NCBI GenBank assembly: GCA_964455625.1
Contig: CAYVXZ010000004.1
Location: 77,207-141,206, forward strand
DNA: 64,000 bases
Reading direction: 5' to 3'
Source of the DNA: an uncultured Planctomycetales bacterium
GTDB lineage: Bacteria > Planctomycetota > SBBH01
Shown: positions 9,456 through 18,759 of the stretch, one piece after another
Layout: each line of letters opens with the position of its first letter
Position numbering within the stretch: the stretch's first letter is position 1
The notes under the pieces: model-generated
The model's database searches: none
Told to the model about the DNA's origin: nothing
Seen by the model: the letters and a program-made list of their open reading frames with translations, nothing else
Made by a program: the position numbers and the translations under genes

Positions 9456-10558
9456 GCCTTCCGCACGGCCGGATGAACGATTTCCGCCTCGACGCGGATG
9501 TCGGGCGGCTCGTGCCTCATCAGGATCCGGCCGTACCGGAACGGCGCCGCCCCGCCGCTCCCGGGCGGCGGCAGGGGAGCCGCCAGCCCCTTCCCGATCG
9601 TCCGGTGGGAGATCCAGCAGACCACGCGGTCCGCGAACCCCGCCCCGGCGAAGGCGCGGAGGATGCTGGCCCCCCCCTCGACCAGGAGATGCTGGATCTG
9701 CCGGCGGCCGGCCAGCGCGAGGAAGGCTTCCAGGGAGACCCCGCCCTCCACGGCGGGAAGGACGATCACCTCGCACCCCGCCCGGGAGAGCCGCGCCAGG
9801 CGCGCGGGCGACGCGCGCGGGGTCGCCACGACCCAGAGCGGGACCTTGCGGGCCGTCCGGACAAGGCGCGAGGCAAGGGGAAGCCGGGCGCGGCTGTCGA
9901 GAACGATCCGGACAGGCTGCCGTGCGGCCTCCACCAGACGCGCCGTCAGGACCGGGTCGTCCGAAAGGGCCGTCCCGACCCCCACCAGGATCGCGTCCAC
10001 CTGTGCGCGCAGCGCGTGGCTCGACCGCCGCGCGGCAACACCCGAGATCATGATCCGCCGACCCCTGGGGCCGGCGATCTTCCCGTCTTCCGTCTCCGCC
10101 CACTTGAGCGTGACGAACGGGACACCGGCGGCGCGCCACCGGCGATACGGCGCGTTCTGCCGTTCCGCCTCGCGCGCGAGGATCCCCTCTTCCACCCGGA
10201 TCCCGGCGGCGGAAAGCAGGGCGATCCCCCGCCCCGCGACTTCCGGGTTCGGGTCGCGCGCGGCGACCACCACCCGGCGCACCCCTGCCGCGCGGACGGC
10301 ATCCGCACAGGGCGGGGTCTTTCCGTGGTGCGCGCACGGCTCGAGCGTCACGTAGAGCGTGGCGCCACGGGCGCGTTTTCCGGCCCTGGCGAGCGCCGCG
10401 GCCTCGGCGTGGGGACCGCCGAAGCGGGCGTGAAACCCCTCGGCGACGACCTTTCCGTTTTTCACCACGACCGCGCCGACCAGCGGATTCGGGGAGACGC
10501 GCCCCGCCCCGCGCTCGGCGAGCTCAAGGGCACGCCGCATCCAGGTCTCGTCTTCCAT
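9452..10558 (-). CDS. ribD: Bifunctional diaminohydroxyphosphoribosylaminopyrimidine deaminase/reductase
   Basis: PNPLVGAV, HAE, TLEPCAHHGKTPPC zinc deaminase motifs; reductase domain with DDPVLTAR and LVEGG. Confidence 0.96.
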   Translation of the reverse strand: MEDETWMRRALELAERGAGRVSPNPLVGAVVVKNGKVVAEGFHARFGGPHAEAAALARAGKRARGATLYVTLEPCAHHGKTPPCADAVRAAGVRRVVVAARDPNPEVAGRGIALLSAAGIRVEEGILAREAERQNAPYRRWRAAGVPFVTLKWAETEDGKIAGPRGRRIMISGVAARRSSHALRAQVDAILVGVGTALSDDPVLTARLVEAARQPVRIVLDSRARLPLASRLVRTARKVPLWVVATPRASPARLARLSRAGCEVIVLPAVEGGVSLEAFLALAGRRQIQHLLVEGGASILRAFAGAGFADRVVCWISHRTIGKGLAAPLPPPGSGGAAPFRYGRILMRHEPPDIRVEAEIVHPAVRKA

Positions 10559-10568
10559 GCGCGGGGTA

Positions 10569-12461
10569 TTATCGCCCCGGTCCCTGCAGGACCCGCAGGA
10601 TTTCCGCCGCACGCGGGTCTCCGGCGACGGGCGCCAGGATCTCGCCGGCCTCCGCCGGCCGGCCGGAGTGCGCCAGGGCCTGCGCCAGGGAAACGCGCAA
10701 TTCGGTCTCGAGCCCGGTCTTCCGGCCGGCGCCCTCCCGACGCAGGTGCTCCGTGAGGGCGGCGCGGAACCGGAACGCCGCGTCATCCCACCGTCCCTGG
10801 AGCGCGTACAGGCTCCCGAGGTTCGCCCAGGCGGTCGGCGCGGGATCCAGGGCGGCGGCCTTCTCCACCAGGACCGTCGCCCAGGCGAGCGTTTCCGGGG
10901 GGCCGCCCCCCTCCACGGCCCACCGGCAGACCGGCTCGTCGATCCCCAGCCGGGGGACGCCCAGGACCGCCAGCATCCGGTCCGGATCGGCCGCATAGAG
11001 GCCCTGCATCCGCGCGAGGAATCCGTCCGCGGCGCGGATTTCCCCCGTCTCGACGGCGCCGGCGAACCGGTTCCACAGGACCAGGACCGACATCTCGTCC
11101 GATTGCCCCCCGATCGAGGAAGCCCGGGCGTACGCCTGGTCCGCCCGCCGGGGAGAACCCGTCGCGCCCCAGGCGGCACCGATGTTGTTGTGCGCCCGGG
11201 GGTTCCGGGGGAAGACGGCGACCGCCTCGCCCCAGAGGCTCCGGGCGTCTTGCCAGACGACGTTGCGCGCGTGCGTGTGCGCGCCCCACAGGACGAGAGC
11301 GGCCCCGGCGAGCGCGGCGAGCCGGCGGCTCGGGATGGCGGCCGCGAGGCGCTCTCCGCCGATCGCCATACCCAAGAAGAGCCCCACGAGCGGCAGGTAG
11401 AGCCGGTGTTCCTGGAAGGGGTCATGCAGGGGGACGAGCGCGGCGGGCGCCAGCTGGAGGACGAACCATCCCGCCGAAAGCCGCCACGCCCATCCGCTTC
11501 CCGCCGCGAACCGCAGGAACCCCAGCATCGCGGCCGCGACCAGGATCCCGCGCGTGCAGCCGGCATTCCACCAGGAGACGGCCGCCGAGAGGAAGTTCGC
11601 GACCGTGAACGGCAGGGCGGGATCGATCCCCTCGGCCGGAAACGGCAGGGGCACCTCGTGGTTGATCGTGAGACCGTGCGGCCAGGCCGCGAGCAGGAGG
11701 GCGCGCGGGACCGCCTCGCATTGCGACAGGAGGTATCCGAGTGCCGCCTGCCATCCGCCGGCGGTCCTCATGACACGCGCCACGTGCGATTCTCCGGACC
11801 AGGCGGCCTGCGCGAGCGCAATCCCCAGGATCGCGCCCACGGTCCAGGCATGGATCTTCCATTGGATGGCCGGACCGGCCGAAGCGTCCCGCCGCGCGCG
11901 CGCGCGGTCCAGCAGGAAAAGCCAGACCGGATAGACCGCCCCGGATTCTTTCGAGAGCGTCGCGGCGACACCGAGAACGGCCAGCAATGCCCGTCCCGCG
12001 GTCCCGATGGCGGGACCTGGACGCAGGAAAAGGGCCGCCCCGGCCAGCATGAAAAGGGCCGCGAGGAGATCCGCCCGTCCGGAGACATAGGTCACCCCTT
12101 CGACCTGCAGCGGATGCAGGGCGAACGCCGCGGCCGCGAGAAACGCCCCCAGCGGCCCCGCGAACCGCCCTGCCACGTTCCACACGAGACCGGCGTTCGC
12201 GGCATGGAGAACGAGGTTCGTCGCGTGGTACCCGGCCGGGGCCTCCCCCCACAGCCGGTGGTCGACCCAGAGGGACACGACGGAAAGCGGCCTCAATCCC
12301 GAGAGGATCGCGCGGAAATCTCCCGCCTGCAGGGCGGGGTTCTCCCGGACGGTGTGCAGGTCGTCATACTGGAACGGCACGGAGAACGACCCGGCCCAGG
12401 CGGCCAGGATGGCGGCCACCAGGAATCCCGCGGCGGCGGCGCGGCGCGGGAAAGGTTCCAT
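10569..12461 (-). CDS. TMTC-like GT-C glycosyltransferase with C-terminal TPRs
   Basis: FQYDD acidic motif, YHATNLVLH, FALHPLQVEGVTYVSGRADLLAALF, LSKESG, EHRLYLP, then TPR-like helices (RAHNNIGAA, AWANLGSLY). ATG coupled to the upstream TGA; alternative ATG at 12473. Confidence 0.85.
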   Translation of the reverse strand: MEPFPRRAAAAGFLVAAILAAWAGSFSVPFQYDDLHTVRENPALQAGDFRAILSGLRPLSVVSLWVDHRLWGEAPAGYHATNLVLHAANAGLVWNVAGRFAGPLGAFLAAAAFALHPLQVEGVTYVSGRADLLAALFMLAGAALFLRPGPAIGTAGRALLAVLGVAATLSKESGAVYPVWLFLLDRARARRDASAGPAIQWKIHAWTVGAILGIALAQAAWSGESHVARVMRTAGGWQAALGYLLSQCEAVPRALLLAAWPHGLTINHEVPLPFPAEGIDPALPFTVANFLSAAVSWWNAGCTRGILVAAAMLGFLRFAAGSGWAWRLSAGWFVLQLAPAALVPLHDPFQEHRLYLPLVGLFLGMAIGGERLAAAIPSRRLAALAGAALVLWGAHTHARNVVWQDARSLWGEAVAVFPRNPRAHNNIGAAWGATGSPRRADQAYARASSIGGQSDEMSVLVLWNRFAGAVETGEIRAADGFLARMQGLYAADPDRMLAVLGVPRLGIDEPVCRWAVEGGGPPETLAWATVLVEKAAALDPAPTAWANLGSLYALQGRWDDAAFRFRAALTEHLRREGAGRKTGLETELRVSLAQALAHSGRPAEAGEILAPVAGDPRAAEILRVLQGPGR

Positions 12462-14734
12462 CACAACCCCCATTCGCGGGGATAGAAGAGATGCGGAAAG
12501 CTTTCCTTGAACCGCGCGCCGAGCGCCCGGGCGCGTTCCGGTTCCCCCTTCCGCTTGTAGAACTCCGCGAGGCGCTTGAACATCTCCTGGTCGCAGGGGG
12601 GGAACTGGAGCGCCATTTCCATGTCGGCGATGGCGCCGTCGACGTCGCCGAGCGCGTCGGCCTTGAGCCGTCCCCGGTCGGCATGGAACATCCCCACGGG
12701 CAGGAAAAGCGCGATCGCGGCATCAAAGCGCGCTATCGCCTCGCCCGCGCGCCCCTGCCGCGCGAGCGCCTTCCCCTCGGCGTGCTGGCGGTGCGCCTCT
12801 TCGATCGCCTCCATGCGCATCCGGAACAGGGTCGTGAGGTCGCTCCCCGGCGGGGACGCCGCGGAAAGGAGGACCTCGACCACCGGATGGATCCGCGTGT
12901 CGCGAGGGTTCGCGCGCAGGGCCAGCATCGCGTGCGCGAGGGCCCCCTGATAGGCGTCCCGGGCCGCGTCCCCCTCCCCGCGGGACGCGGCGGCGTCTCC
13001 CATGCGGGCATAGAGATGCGCCAGCATCACGCGCGCCTTGTAGTCTCCGCTCATGTGGAGGACCGTCTCGTAGCACCGCCGGGCCTTCTCGAGCTGCCCC
13101 GTGGCCAGGTAGACATTCCCGAGGTTCCCGAACGGCTCCACCCAGAGGAACCCCTTGAACATCCGGACCGACATCAGGTGCTCGCGTTCGGCGCGCACGT
13201 AGTCCTTCCGGTGCTCGTGCCCCAGCCCCAGGTTCGTCCGCTGGCGGAACCCCGTCGGGGCCTTCCGCACCGAGTCGGAATAGAGCGTCAGGTCGTCCGT
13301 CCAGTCCTGCACCCGATGGATCGTGAAGACCCCGAGGATCGCGAGCGCCGAGACGGCAAGCGGCCTCGCCGCGGCCCCTGCCGCGCGCGAGAGAGCCGGG
13401 GCGGCGGCCGCGACAAGCCAGACGAGCCCTGCCGACGGCAGGTAGATCCGGTGCTCGAAGACGAGGTCCGCCAGGCGGAAGAGGCTGGCGGTCGGCGCCA
13501 GCGCGACGAGATACCAGAGGACCCCGAATCCGACGGGAGAACCGCTTCGCGAAAGCGCGATGCCGCCCCAGGCCAGGAGCCCCCCCCAGAGGATCCAGAG
13601 AAGCACGACATCAGGGGCGTCGGCGAGCGTCCAGACCGGCTGCCAGTCGTAATCGACGTTCAGCCTGTTCGGCAGGACCGCGAGCGACACGTACCGCGCG
13701 ATCACCCGCGCCTGGGTGAGGAAATACTCGTTCCGGACCGTCTGGTCCCCCAGCGCGTCGAGGAATCCGCGCGTCTCGCGCCGCCCCCTGTCGCCATGGA
13801 AGGAACGCTCTCCCTGCGCGGACGCCAGGACGTCCAGGTTCTGCTCGAGCTGGTTCCGGACATCCAGGTGCGTCGCCACCTGCAGGACCGCCACCCATGC
13901 CGCCGCCGCGGCGAAGCGGCGGCGCCCGGCCCCGGCGGGCGTCCCTTCCGGATCGCGCGCACGCACCCGGGCGGACGCCGCCAGGATCCCCCCCGCCGCG
14001 AGGACCCCGAGGACGCCCGAAGGCGGGACCGCGAAAAGCGCGAGACACAGCGCCGCGTGGAGCGCCAGGACCGCCCCCGCGCGGCGCGCCGTGACCCCCG
14101 CGAGGACCGGCGCGGGCCCCCGCGCGAGCGACACGAGCACGAGGAGCGCCGCGAGAGGCAGCGTCACGGCGTTCTCCTTCGAACCGAGAGCCAGGCGCCA
14201 GGCCAGAAGCGATAAGGCAAACCAGGCGGCCGCGGCCTGCCGGCGCTCCGGGGAGGCGCTGACGGCCAGCAATCCCTTCAGGAACCCGAAAAGCGTCAGG
14301 ACGTAGAAAAGGAGGCACATCCGCTCGTACCGCTGGGCGATGTAGACCACTCCCTGGCTCTGCGCGGGGTGGATCGCCCAGAAAAGAACCGCCACCGCCG
14401 CCCAGAACGGGGACAGCGCCGTCCCCCGCGCCGCGCACCAGGCGCGAAGGAGCGCCAGGAGCCCGATCGCGCACCCCGCGTGCAGGGCGAGGTCCATCGC
14501 GTGGTAGACGACCGGCGAATCCGCCGCGAACTGCTTGCAGAGGACGTAGGAGGCGGTGACCGTCCCCCGTCCGAACAGGAAGCCGCGCGCCCCGCCCCAG
14601 TCGTCGTTCAGGACCCCCAGATTCTCCCGGACCGCCTTGTCGTCGTCGAAATGCCAGCCCGTGGGAAGGATCCCCCCGTAGACGCCGCAGACGGCGACGA
14701 GAACGGCGAGGAACGCCGCGCGCCAGCCGCTCAC
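12461..14734 (-). CDS. Second TMTC-like GT-C glycosyltransferase with C-terminal TPRs
   Basis: WHFDD, YHAMDLALH, WAIHPAQSQGVVYIAQRYE, GSKEN, FEHRIYLP, then several TPRs. GTG overlaps the oxidoreductase stop. Confidence 0.85.
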   Translation of the reverse strand: MSGWRAAFLAVLVAVCGVYGGILPTGWHFDDDKAVRENLGVLNDDWGGARGFLFGRGTVTASYVLCKQFAADSPVVYHAMDLALHAGCAIGLLALLRAWCAARGTALSPFWAAVAVLFWAIHPAQSQGVVYIAQRYERMCLLFYVLTLFGFLKGLLAVSASPERRQAAAAWFALSLLAWRLALGSKENAVTLPLAALLVLVSLARGPAPVLAGVTARRAGAVLALHAALCLALFAVPPSGVLGVLAAGGILAASARVRARDPEGTPAGAGRRRFAAAAAWVAVLQVATHLDVRNQLEQNLDVLASAQGERSFHGDRGRRETRGFLDALGDQTVRNEYFLTQARVIARYVSLAVLPNRLNVDYDWQPVWTLADAPDVVLLWILWGGLLAWGGIALSRSGSPVGFGVLWYLVALAPTASLFRLADLVFEHRIYLPSAGLVWLVAAAAPALSRAAGAAARPLAVSALAILGVFTIHRVQDWTDDLTLYSDSVRKAPTGFRQRTNLGLGHEHRKDYVRAEREHLMSVRMFKGFLWVEPFGNLGNVYLATGQLEKARRCYETVLHMSGDYKARVMLAHLYARMGDAAASRGEGDAARDAYQGALAHAMLALRANPRDTRIHPVVEVLLSAASPPGSDLTTLFRMRMEAIEEAHRQHAEGKALARQGRAGEAIARFDAAIALFLPVGMFHADRGRLKADALGDVDGAIADMEMALQFPPCDQEMFKRLAEFYKRKGEPERARALGARFKESFPHLFYPREWGL

Positions 14735-15717
14735 GGAGTGCCGCGGGCGGACCAGATCCGCCTCACGATCCGCCCGGCGACCGCGAGGACCCGGAGCGTC
14801 GACTCCATCGTCGGATGCGCCGGATCGCGCGCGCCCCGCACGCACGCCAGGAAGGCCCGGATCTCCGCCTCGAGCGGCTCCGGACCGGAGGGCCTGTCTT
14901 CCCCGGAACGGAAAAAGCGGCCCATCGTCCTGGAGCGCTCCGGCACGGGCCCGGCGGGAAGGGAACGGATCTTCCGGAGGGAACGGACCGTCCGCTCGCG
15001 GTAATCGACGGTCCAGCAGGCGTCCCGGGCCGAGAACCGCGTCGCGCGGCGCGTCTCGGCCTCGATGCGGCTCGCGGACAGGTCCGCCCACGCCCCGTCC
15101 GCGAACCGCAGGAACGCCCGTGCGGCGTCCTCCCGGGCCGTGAGGGACTTCCGCCCCGCCGCCTCCACCGACACGACCCGCGCGGGGAGAAGCGACAGGA
15201 CCAGGTCCAGGTCGTGGACCATGACGTCCATCACCGCGCCAAGATCCAGAGACCGGAAGGGAAAAGGGCTCTCGCGGACCGTCTCGGCGGACCGGATCCG
15301 GGCCGCCTCCTTCCGGAACGCGACGAACGCCGGGTTGAACCGCTCGATGAAGCCGGGAAAGAAGAAGGTTCCGTTGCGGCGCGCGATGTCAGCCAGGCGG
15401 GCCGCGCGCGCGAAGGAGCCGGTGACGGGCTTCTCGACCAGGACGGGGATCCCCCGCGCGAGGAAGAACCGGGCCGCCGCGAAGTGCCCGGCGGCCGGGA
15501 CGGCGATCGTCGCCGCGTCGAGATCCGCGGGCAGGTCCCCGAGGCGCGTCACGGCGCGCGCGCCCGTGCCGCGCGCCGCCTCGGCGGCGCGGCCGGGGTC
15601 CTGGTCGCAGACCGCGACGAGCGACGCGCCCGGAAGCCCCGCGCAGATCCGGGCGTGATGCCTTCCGTGGTGACCGACCCCGACCACCGCGACACGAAGC
15701 GTCCTGCCCGTTCTCAT
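14731..15717 (-). CDS. Gfo/Idh/MocA oxidoreductase, GnnA-like (UDP-GlcNAc 3-dehydrogenase candidate)
   Basis: VAVVGVGHHG Rossmann start, LVEKP, GFIERFNP, DVMVHDLD. Lies directly after lpxC/fabZ, the usual gnnA position. Confidence 0.8.
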   Translation of the reverse strand: MRTGRTLRVAVVGVGHHGRHHARICAGLPGASLVAVCDQDPGRAAEAARGTGARAVTRLGDLPADLDAATIAVPAAGHFAAARFFLARGIPVLVEKPVTGSFARAARLADIARRNGTFFFPGFIERFNPAFVAFRKEAARIRSAETVRESPFPFRSLDLGAVMDVMVHDLDLVLSLLPARVVSVEAAGRKSLTAREDAARAFLRFADGAWADLSASRIEAETRRATRFSARDACWTVDYRERTVRSLRKIRSLPAGPVPERSRTMGRFFRSGEDRPSGPEPLEAEIRAFLACVRGARDPAHPTMESTLRVLAVAGRIVRRIWSARGTP

Positions 15718-15733
15718 GTGCGGAAAAGCCGGA

Positions 15734-17050
15734 TCAGATCCTGTCGGTCACCATGAACTTGAGCTGCGCCTCCGCCACGACGACCCCCTCGACGCGCGCG
15801 ACGGCGCTCACCTGCGCGAGGCGCTCGCGGACGCGAACCGCCTCCGCCTCGATCACCAGACGGTCGCCGGGAATGACGGTCTTGCGGAGCTTCACCTTGT
15901 CGATCGTCATGAGGACGGGGACGGTCTTCGACCCCGTCTCCGGGTCCGTGACGAGGAATCCCGCCACCTGGGCCATCGCCTCGATCTGCATCACCCCCGG
16001 CATGATCGGGTGCCCGGGATAGTGCCCCTGGAAGTAGGGCTCGTTGATGGAGACGTTCTTGACGCCCGTCACGCGCTTCCCGGGGACGATCTCCAGGATC
16101 CGGTCCACCATGAGGAAGGGGTACCGGTGCGGAAGCGCCTTGAAGACACGCTGGATGTCGATGACGTCCGGGTTGGCCCGCTCCTGGGAGAATTCCCCGC
16201 GGGACATCAGGATCTGCTCGTGGAGGCGGCGCATGAACCGCATGTTCGTCTTGTGGCCGGACTTCACCGCGATGATATGGCCGCGCACGGCCGTCCCCAG
16301 CGCCACGAGGTCCCCGTACAGGTCGAGGATCTTGTGGCGCACGAACTCGTTAGGAAACCGCAGGGTGTTCTGGATCACCCCCTGCTTCCCCACGACGAGC
16401 GTGTTCTCGTAGGTCGCCCCCTTCCCGAGCCCCTGCTTGCGGAGCGCCTCCACCTCGCTTTCGAGGACGAAGGTGCGCGCCGGGGCGATCTCCCGCGCGA
16501 AGGCGTCGCCGTCCAGGTCCAGGCTCAAGTACTGGGAATCGAGGAAGGTGCCCGTATTGGAGTACGACAGCGTGTAGGTGACGCGGAGCCCCCCGCCGCC
16601 GTAGGGCAGCGCCACGAGCGACACGTCCCCGTCGGAGACCGAGACCGGCTCCTGGACCACGAATGCCTTCTGCTCGATCCCCTGTTCGACCGCGCCCGCC
16701 GCCGCGACCGCCTCGCAGAAATCCCTGGCGCTCCCGTCCATCGCCGGGACCTCCGGACCGTCGATCTCCATCACGAGGTTGTCGATGGCCCCCGCGCGGA
16801 CCCCCGCGAGAAGGTGCTCCACGGTCTGCACCTCCGCGTCTCCCGCGCGCAGGCACGTCTGGCGAAGGCGCTCCCCGAGTGAGGAGACGGCCACCGGAAT
16901 GCGGGGGGCCCCCGGCATGTCCGTCCGGACGAACGCGAGCCCCGTGTTCGGCGGCGCGGGCGCGAGGCGCACCGTCGCCTTCTGGCCCGAGTGCAGCCCC
17001 ACCCCGGTCAGGGACGTCTCACGCGCGATCGTTCTTTGCTGTCGTGTCAA
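15734..17050 (-). CDS. lpxC/fabZ: Bifunctional UDP-3-O-acyl-GlcNAc deacetylase / 3-hydroxyacyl-ACP dehydratase
   Basis: LpxC motifs [27 protein letters not shown]; C-terminal FabZ motifs [12 protein letters not shown] and [17 protein letters not shown] start. Confidence 0.96.
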   Translation of the reverse strand: MTRQQRTIARETSLTGVGLHSGQKATVRLAPAPPNTGLAFVRTDMPGAPRIPVAVSSLGERLRQTCLRAGDAEVQTVEHLLAGVRAGAIDNLVMEIDGPEVPAMDGSARDFCEAVAAAGAVEQGIEQKAFVVQEPVSVSDGDVSLVALPYGGGGLRVTYTLSYSNTGTFLDSQYLSLDLDGDAFAREIAPARTFVLESEVEALRKQGLGKGATYENTLVVGKQGVIQNTLRFPNEFVRHKILDLYGDLVALGTAVRGHIIAVKSGHKTNMRFMRRLHEQILMSRGEFSQERANPDVIDIQRVFKALPHRYPFLMVDRILEIVPGKRVTGVKNVSINEPYFQGHYPGHPIMPGVMQIEAMAQVAGFLVTDPETGSKTVPVLMTIDKVKLRKTVIPGDRLVIEAEAVRVRERLAQVSAVARVEGVVVAEAQLKFMVTDRI

Positions 17051-18065
17051 GACGGTCCACCCTTTCCTCGAGCCGCCTGATCGCCTCCTGCATCTCCGGC
17101 AGGCGCCGCGTCAGGACACGGATCCTCTGCTGCTTGTCGTGCGGGCCGGCCGGATTTCCCGAGAGGACCTCTCCCGCCCCGACGTCCTTCGTGACCACCC
17201 CCCGGCCGGCGACCATCGTACCATCTCCCACGGTGCAATGGCCGGAAACGCCGGTCTGCCCCGCGAGGACGACGTTCCGGCCGATCCGGGCGCTTCCCGA
17301 GAGCCCCGCCTGCGCGACGATGATGGCGTTCTCGCCGATCACCACGTTGTGTCCCACCTGGACCAGATTGTCGATCTTGGCGCCTTTCTGGATCCAGGTC
17401 TTCCCGAAGCGGGCGCGATCAACCGTGGTGTTCGCCCCGATCTCGACGTCGTCGTCGATCCGGACGGTCCCCACCTGCGGGATCTTCCGGTGATGCCCCT
17501 TCTCGGTGACATAACCGAACCCGTCGGCACCGACCACGACGCCGGAATGGAGGATGACCCGGTTTCCGATCTCGCACCGCTCGCGGACGACGACCCCCGG
17601 ATGGAACAGGCAGTCCGCCCCGACGCGGGATCCGGCCCCGAGGAACACCTGGGCTCCGATGACCGTCCGGGCGCCGACCGCGGCACCCGGCTCGATCACC
17701 GCGCACGGTCCCACGGTAGCGGACGGATCCACCGCGGCGCGCGCGTCCACCACGGCCGAAGGGTGGATCCCGGGCGCGGGGCGCGGAGGCTCGACCACGA
17801 ACAGCGCCACCGCGGCCGTGAACGCCCGGTCGGGATCCGCGACCCGGATCACGGGAACCGTCCCGATGTCAGCCGACGGCCCCGCGATGACGGCGGCGGC
17901 CTTCGTCTTCGCCGCCAGAGGAACGTACCGGGGATTCGCGAGGAAGGAGACCTCGCCGGGGCCCGCCTCCTCGAGCCCCGCGACCCCGCGGATCACGAGG
18001 CCGGGAGATCCGCCTTCAAGCCGTCCCTGGACCCTTTCCGCCAACACCCCCAGCGGGATTTCCAT
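17019..18065 (-). CDS. lpxD: UDP-3-O-(3-hydroxyacyl)glucosamine N-acyltransferase
   Basis: Hexapeptide repeats, [34 protein letters not shown]. Confidence 0.97.
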   Translation of the reverse strand: MEIPLGVLAERVQGRLEGGSPGLVIRGVAGLEEAGPGEVSFLANPRYVPLAAKTKAAAVIAGPSADIGTVPVIRVADPDRAFTAAVALFVVEPPRPAPGIHPSAVVDARAAVDPSATVGPCAVIEPGAAVGARTVIGAQVFLGAGSRVGADCLFHPGVVVRERCEIGNRVILHSGVVVGADGFGYVTEKGHHRKIPQVGTVRIDDDVEIGANTTVDRARFGKTWIQKGAKIDNLVQVGHNVVIGENAIIVAQAGLSGSARIGRNVVLAGQTGVSGHCTVGDGTMVAGRGVVTKDVGAGEVLSGNPAGPHDKQQRIRVLTRRLPEMQEAIRRLEERVDRLDTTAKNDRA

Positions 18066-18080
18066 GGGCGCGAAGGCGCG

Positions 18081-18692
18081 CTATTTCTTCTCGGGCCCGG
18101 CGTTCAGGAGATCGATCACCTTCTGGGTGATATCCAGCTCCGCCCGGGCGTAAAGGACCTTGTGGAGGGTGACCCCTTTCTGGAAATCGCGGAAGGCGGC
18201 GTCCATCTCCTTGGGGCTCGAGAAATCCTGCCCCGCGGGGAAATCGGGCTGGCTTTCGGTGGAGAGAACCCAGTCCAGGTTTTCCTTCCGGGCGTGCTCC
18301 TCGACGGCCTTCACGATCTGGCGGTACCAGCGCGCGAGCGCCTCCGCCTGCATCCGGTCGAGCCGGCCTCCCTGCACCGACACGGTCGACTCGAACTCGC
18401 GCTTTTTGGCGACCAGCTCCTGCTCCTTCTCCTGCTTCGCCTTCCCCTCGAGGATCTTCACGGACTGCTCGATCGCCTTGATCGACTTCTCCATCTCCTG
18501 GAGCTTCGCGCGCAGTTCCTTGGCCTCGACCTCCATCCGGACATTCTCGTCCTGGACCTGCTTCCAGCCGTCCAGGACCCGGTTGATGTCCACGACCGCG
18601 ACCTTCTGCCCGCCGTCCCTGGGCCCGGCCGACAGGACGGGCGCGGCGAGAAATCCGGCGGCAGCCAGCAGGAACGGAAGGGCTCTTTTCAT
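18081..18692 (-). CDS. skp: Skp/OmpH periplasmic chaperone
   Basis: Signal peptide, KVAVVDINRV, long coiled coil, DITQKVIDLLN; lies between bamA and lpxD. Confidence 0.9.
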   Translation of the reverse strand: MKRALPFLLAAAGFLAAPVLSAGPRDGGQKVAVVDINRVLDGWKQVQDENVRMEVEAKELRAKLQEMEKSIKAIEQSVKILEGKAKQEKEQELVAKKREFESTVSVQGGRLDRMQAEALARWYRQIVKAVEEHARKENLDWVLSTESQPDFPAGQDFSSPKEMDAAFRDFQKGVTLHKVLYARAELDITQKVIDLLNAGPEKK

Positions 18693-18759
18693 AGAAGGGG
18701 GATGCTACCCGCGGGGCGTCGGAAGCGGCAAGCGGAATGTCCCCTCCGCCCTGACGGGA

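Noticed and set aside
9455-9520. Fluoride riboswitch upstream of crcB
   Set aside because: crcB overlaps the ribD stop, so there is no leader, and no fluoride-riboswitch consensus is visible.
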